Assembly (NCBI GenBank): GCA_050008635.1
Contig: JBEKMG010000009.1
Span: forward strand, 28,368-92,367
Source of the DNA: Rhizomicrobium sp.
GTDB lineage: Bacteria > Pseudomonadota > Alphaproteobacteria > Micropepsales > Micropepsaceae
DNA: 64,000 nt
Direction: 5' to 3'
The notes under the pieces are model-generated. The model was not told where the DNA came from and made no database searches. It saw only the letters and a list, made by a program, of their open reading frames with translations. This document shows, piece by piece, positions 60,282 through 64,000 of this stretch. Numbering within the stretch: position 1 is the first letter of the stretch; each line of letters begins with the position of its first letter. A program made the position numbers and the translations under genes.

Positions 60282-62222
60282 ATGAGTGATATCGTATTGC
60301 GCGTTCCGAAGGAATGGCAAAGCCGGGCGTTCATCGACGACGCCAAATACCAGGAAATGTACGCGCGCTCGATAGCCGACCCGGAAGGCTTCTGGCGCGA
60401 GCAGGCGGCGCGGCTGGATTGGATCAAGCCCTTCACCAAGGTGAAAAATGTTTCCTGGGACCCGGACAACCTTTTCATCAAATGGTTCGAGGACGGCACG
60501 CTGAACGTCACGGTCAACTGCATCGACCGCCATCTGCCGGCCCATGCCGACCGCGTCGCGATCATCTGGGAAGGTGATGACCCCAAAGACTCCAGGGCCA
60601 TTACCTACCGGGAACTACACGATGAGGTCTGCCGCTTCGCCAATGTGCTGCGCCGCCACGGCGTCAAGAAAGGCGACCGCGTCACCATCTATCTGCCGAT
60701 GATCCCCGAAGCCGCCTATGCGATGCTGGCCTCAGCCCGCATCGGCGCGGTGCATTCCGTCGTCTTTGCCGGCTTCTCGCCCGATAGCCTGGCGAACCGC
60801 ATCCTCGATTGCGCCAGCACGGTCGTCATCACCGCCGACGAAGGCCTGCGCGGCGGCAAGACTGTGCCACTGAAAATCAACACCGATCTGGCGCTCACCC
60901 AATGCCCCGACGTGCGCCACGTGATCGTCGTGCGCCGCACCGGCAAGCACGAGCTGAAACATCCCGGCCGCGACGTCTGGTACCACGAAGCGGCGGCGCA
61001 GGTGCCCGCCGAGTGCGCGCCGGTGGAGATGAACGCGGAGGACCCGCTGTTCATCCTCTACACCTCCGGTTCGACGGGAAAGCCCAAGGGCGTGCTGCAC
61101 ACGACCGGCGGTTATCTTCTCTACGCCGCGTTCACCCACCAATATGTGTTCGATTACCACCCGGGCGACATCTTCTGGTGCACGGCCGACGTCGGCTGGG
61201 TGACGGGCCACAGCTACATCGTCTATGGTCCGCTGGCGAACGGCGCCACCACGCTGATGTTCGAAGGCGTGCCGAACTATCCGACGGCCTCGCGCTTCTG
61301 GGAGGTGATCGACAAGCACAAGGTCAACATCTTCTACACGGCGCCGACCGCGATCCGCGCGCTGATGCGCGACGGCGAAGCGCCGGTGAAGAAAACCTCT
61401 CGCAAGTCGCTGCGCCTGCTGGGTTCCGTTGGCGAACCGATCAACCCGGAAGCCTGGCTGTGGTACCACCGCGTCGTCGGCGACGGCCGCTGCCCCATCG
61501 TAGACACGTGGTGGCAGACCGAGACCGGCGGAATTCTGATTTCGCCGCTGCCCGGCGCGACCGACCTCAAGCCTGGTTCCGCTTGCCTGCCTTTGTTCGG
61601 CATCCTGCCGCAGATCGTCGACGCCGCAGGCACACCGCTGGAAGGTGCGGCCAGCGGCAATCTCGTGCTGCTCGATTCCTGGCCGGGGCAGATGCGCACC
61701 GTCTACGGCGATCACCAGCGCTTCGCGAACACCTATTTCCGCACCTATCGCGGCAGGTATTTCACCGGCGACGGCTGCCGGCGCGACGAGGACGGCTATT
61801 ACTGGATCACCGGCCGCGTCGACGACGTTATCAACGTCTCCGGCCACCGGCTGGGAACGGCGGAAGTGGAATCCGCTCTGGTGGAAAACACCAAGGTCGC
61901 CGAGGCCGCCGTGGTGGGCTTCCCGCACGACCTCAAGGGCCAGGGTATTTATGCTTTCGTCACGCTGAAAGCGACCGAGCACGGATCGGCTACGTTGAAC
62001 GAAGAACTGAAGCAGTTCGTGTCCCAGCATCTGTCGGCGATCGCCAAGCCGGATGTGATCCAGTTCGCGCCCAGCCTGCCCAAGACGCGCTCGGGCAAAA
62101 TCATGCGACGCATTCTGCGCAAGATCGCTGAGGGCGATACCTCCAACCTTGGCGACACCTCGACGCTTGCCGATCCGGCCGTGGTGGACGATCTGGTCCA
62201 GCACGCCAAACACACGACTTAG
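60282..62222 (+). CDS. acs: Acetyl-CoA synthetase
   Basis: [32 protein letters not shown] and [11 protein letters not shown]. Confidence 0.97.
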   Translation: MSDIVLRVPKEWQSRAFIDDAKYQEMYARSIADPEGFWREQAARLDWIKPFTKVKNVSWDPDNLFIKWFEDGTLNVTVNCIDRHLPAHADRVAIIWEGDDPKDSRAITYRELHDEVCRFANVLRRHGVKKGDRVTIYLPMIPEAAYAMLASARIGAVHSVVFAGFSPDSLANRILDCASTVVITADEGLRGGKTVPLKINTDLALTQCPDVRHVIVVRRTGKHELKHPGRDVWYHEAAAQVPAECAPVEMNAEDPLFILYTSGSTGKPKGVLHTTGGYLLYAAFTHQYVFDYHPGDIFWCTADVGWVTGHSYIVYGPLANGATTLMFEGVPNYPTASRFWEVIDKHKVNIFYTAPTAIRALMRDGEAPVKKTSRKSLRLLGSVGEPINPEAWLWYHRVVGDGRCPIVDTWWQTETGGILISPLPGATDLKPGSACLPLFGILPQIVDAAGTPLEGAASGNLVLLDSWPGQMRTVYGDHQRFANTYFRTYRGRYFTGDGCRRDEDGYYWITGRVDDVINVSGHRLGTAEVESALVENTKVAEAAVVGFPHDLKGQGIYAFVTLKATEHGSATLNEELKQFVSQHLSAIAKPDVIQFAPSLPKTRSGKIMRRILRKIAEGDTSNLGDTSTLADPAVVDDLVQHAKHTT

Positions 62223-62512
62223 TATCCTTTGGAATATTCCTCCATCGCCTTGGCCATCGCGATGTCTTTTTCGGTCACGCCGCCCGCGTCGTGGGTAGAG
62301 AGCGTCACTTCGATCCTGTTGTAGACGTTGAACCATTCGGGGTGGTGGTCGAGCTTTTCCGCCAGCAGCGCCACCCGCGTCATGAAGGCGAAGGCCTGGT
62401 TGAAATCCTGGAATTGAAACAGTCGGGCGATGGCGTCGCGGCCCTTGACCTCGCGCCATTCGGGAAAATCCCGTAAAAAGGCGGCGCGGGCGGCGGAATC
62501 GAGTTTTTTCAT
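62219..62512 (-). CDS. phhB: 4a-hydroxytetrahydrobiopterin dehydratase
   Basis: [23 protein letters not shown] and THDAGG. Confidence 0.93.
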   Translation of the reverse strand: MKKLDSAARAAFLRDFPEWREVKGRDAIARLFQFQDFNQAFAFMTRVALLAEKLDHHPEWFNVYNRIEVTLSTHDAGGVTEKDIAMAKAMEEYSKGY

Positions 62513-62536
62513 GCTTACTCCTTTGGGCTAGAGGCC

Positions 62537-62935
62537 ATGGACTGGGTCGGCATCGAAGCACCTTCCATCGATGAGATCGAGCGGCTCGCGCGCGAGGCCT
62601 ATGCCAAGCTGCCCGAGAAATTCCGCACCTTGTGCGGCGATGTCCTGTTCCTGGTGCAGGAATTTCCCAGCGACGAGGTCATGCGCGACCTGGACCTCGA
62701 ATCGGAGTTCGATCTGTTGGGCCTATACCAGGGCTCGACCCTCGCCGACCGGATCGGCAACCGAGATCGGCCGGAACCGACGATGATCTTCCTCTATCGC
62801 CGTCCGATCCTGGATTATTGGGCGGAGCATCGCGGCACGCTCGGAGCCATCGTGCGTCATGTGATCGTGCACGAGATCGGCCATCATTTCGGCCTTTCCG
62901 ACGACGACATGGAAGCGATCGAGGACGAGCCCTAA
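62537..62935 (+). CDS. Zincin-like metallopeptidase family protein
   Basis: LLGLY.G, I.LYRRPI and HEIGHHFG. Confidence 0.85.
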   Translation: MDWVGIEAPSIDEIERLAREAYAKLPEKFRTLCGDVLFLVQEFPSDEVMRDLDLESEFDLLGLYQGSTLADRIGNRDRPEPTMIFLYRRPILDYWAEHRGTLGAIVRHVIVHEIGHHFGLSDDDMEAIEDEP

Positions 62936-62938
62936 GAG

Positions 62939-63469
62939 CTATTTCAGCCGATAGGCCTTCTCGGCCCGGTAGATGCTGCCGTTGGCGGTGAGCAGGCTGG
63001 AATAGAGAATGAAACCATCGACCGCAAACGGCGCGCTCGCATACAGCGCGTGATCGGTGAGGAAATCCAGCACGTGCCCGTTCTGCGTTCCCTTGAGTTT
63101 GGCGAGCGAGACATGCGGCGTGTATTTGCGACCGTCCGCTTCCAGGCCGATGCGCTGCAGCGCGCTTTCGATCTTGCGTTGCAGATGGAGGAGCGCGTCG
63201 TTGGCCGCCACGCCCACCCATAAAGCATGAGGCCGCCTGCCGCCGAACGAGCCCACGCCCTTCAATTCCACCGAAAAAGCCGGCGCGGATATCGAGGCCA
63301 GTGCATCGTCGATGGCGGCCTTGTCGCGCCCGTCGACCTCGCCGATGAAGCGCAGGGTCAGATGAAGCTGCTCGCGCGTCTGCCAGCGCGCGCCCGGCAC
63401 GCCGGTCTGCAGCAGCGCCAGCGACTGCGCCACGTCGTCGGGAAGCGCGATGGCCACGAACAGCCGCAT
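62939..63469 (-). CDS. thpR: RNA 2',3'-cyclic phosphodiesterase
   Basis: MRLFVAI plus two HxT/S motifs (HLTL, PHVSL). Confidence 0.92.
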   Translation of the reverse strand: MRLFVAIALPDDVAQSLALLQTGVPGARWQTREQLHLTLRFIGEVDGRDKAAIDDALASISAPAFSVELKGVGSFGGRRPHALWVGVAANDALLHLQRKIESALQRIGLEADGRKYTPHVSLAKLKGTQNGHVLDFLTDHALYASAPFAVDGFILYSSLLTANGSIYRAEKAYRLK

Positions 63470-63999
63470 TACCGCGTCCTCGCCAACTGTCCGAGCGGAA
63501 GCAGGCGGCGGAATAGGGCGACGACTAGCAGGTAGCCTGTGCCGCCCGCCGCAACCGCCGTTCCAAGCGTCGTCACGTCGTGCAGGAGCCCCAAATGCGG
63601 AACGATCTGTCGGCCCAGTTCCTCGCCGAACAAGGCGCCCGCGCCGGTCAAGACGGACGCCAACAAGATGGGACCGAGCGAGCGCCAGAAGACCGGGCTT
63701 ACGGTCAACTGACCGCGACCCAAAGCCATCCAGACCAGCATGCCGACGTTCGCCCAGGCGCCCAGTGCGGTGCCGAGCGCGATGCCGACGGCGCCCAGAT
63801 GGACGCCCCACACCAAGATAATCTTGAGCGCGATGTTGACGGCCACGGCGAGGATCGTCGCGCGCACCGGGCTTGCCGTGTCGCCTCGCGCGTAGAACGT
63901 GGCGCTGGTGACGCGCACCAGAACGAAGGCCGGCAGGCCGACGCCGTAAGCCGCCAAGGCGGCGGCGGACACGTCCGCGGCTGCGGCGTTGAAGGCGCC
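63469..63999 (-). CDS. murJ: Lipid II flippase MurJ, C-terminal part (runs off the window)
   Basis: YGVGLPAFVL…FYARGDT..PV, N..L and GIALGT. Confidence 0.85.
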   Translation of the reverse strand, partial: GAFNAAAADVSAAALAAYGVGLPAFVLVRVTSATFYARGDTASPVRATILAVAVNIALKIILVWGVHLGAVGIALGTALGAWANVGMLVWMALGRGQLTVSPVFWRSLGPILLASVLTGAGALFGEELGRQIVPHLGLLHDVTTLGTAVAAGGTGYLLVVALFRRLLPLGQLARTR

Positions 64000-64000
64000 A

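Overview
High-GC alphaproteobacterial chromosome segment; the lineage is inferred from gene order and proteins, not from a database search. It is mostly housekeeping: pyrB-pyrC-plsY-dprA'-topA-rnr-rpmG; coaBC-dut-Rrf2-cysK; ubiB-ubiE/mutM; rpsT-dnaA-dnaN-recF-gyrB; argG; rlmN; thiC with a TPP riboswitch; acs; thpR; murJ. Small, lower-GC accessory islets and several families of palindromic REP/RIME-like repeats interrupt it. The best candidates for new biology are: (1) an islet at about 590-1478 with a ~350-nt almost fully base-paired non-coding region, including two mutually exclusive helices, directly upstream of a 2-TM protein and a ribbon-helix-helix protein; (2) a 998-aa TIR-STAND NTPase-TPR (NLR-like) gene between dnaA and dnaN, compositionally mosaic and bracketed by the inverted halves of one REP-like element; (3) nested REP families, one complete copy abutting a DUF559 nuclease gene; (4) an attenuator-like leader (uORF plus terminator) before a MATE pump. 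Also seen: a dprA truncated by a low-GC islet, a 270-bp MITE-like element, an orphan antitoxin with its operator, an 81-bp repeat that triplicates a ribosome-binding site, and a secreted 12-Cys three-repeat protein. No tRNA, rRNA, CRISPR array, integrase or transposase was found. All helices were found by eye; no folding or homology search was run.
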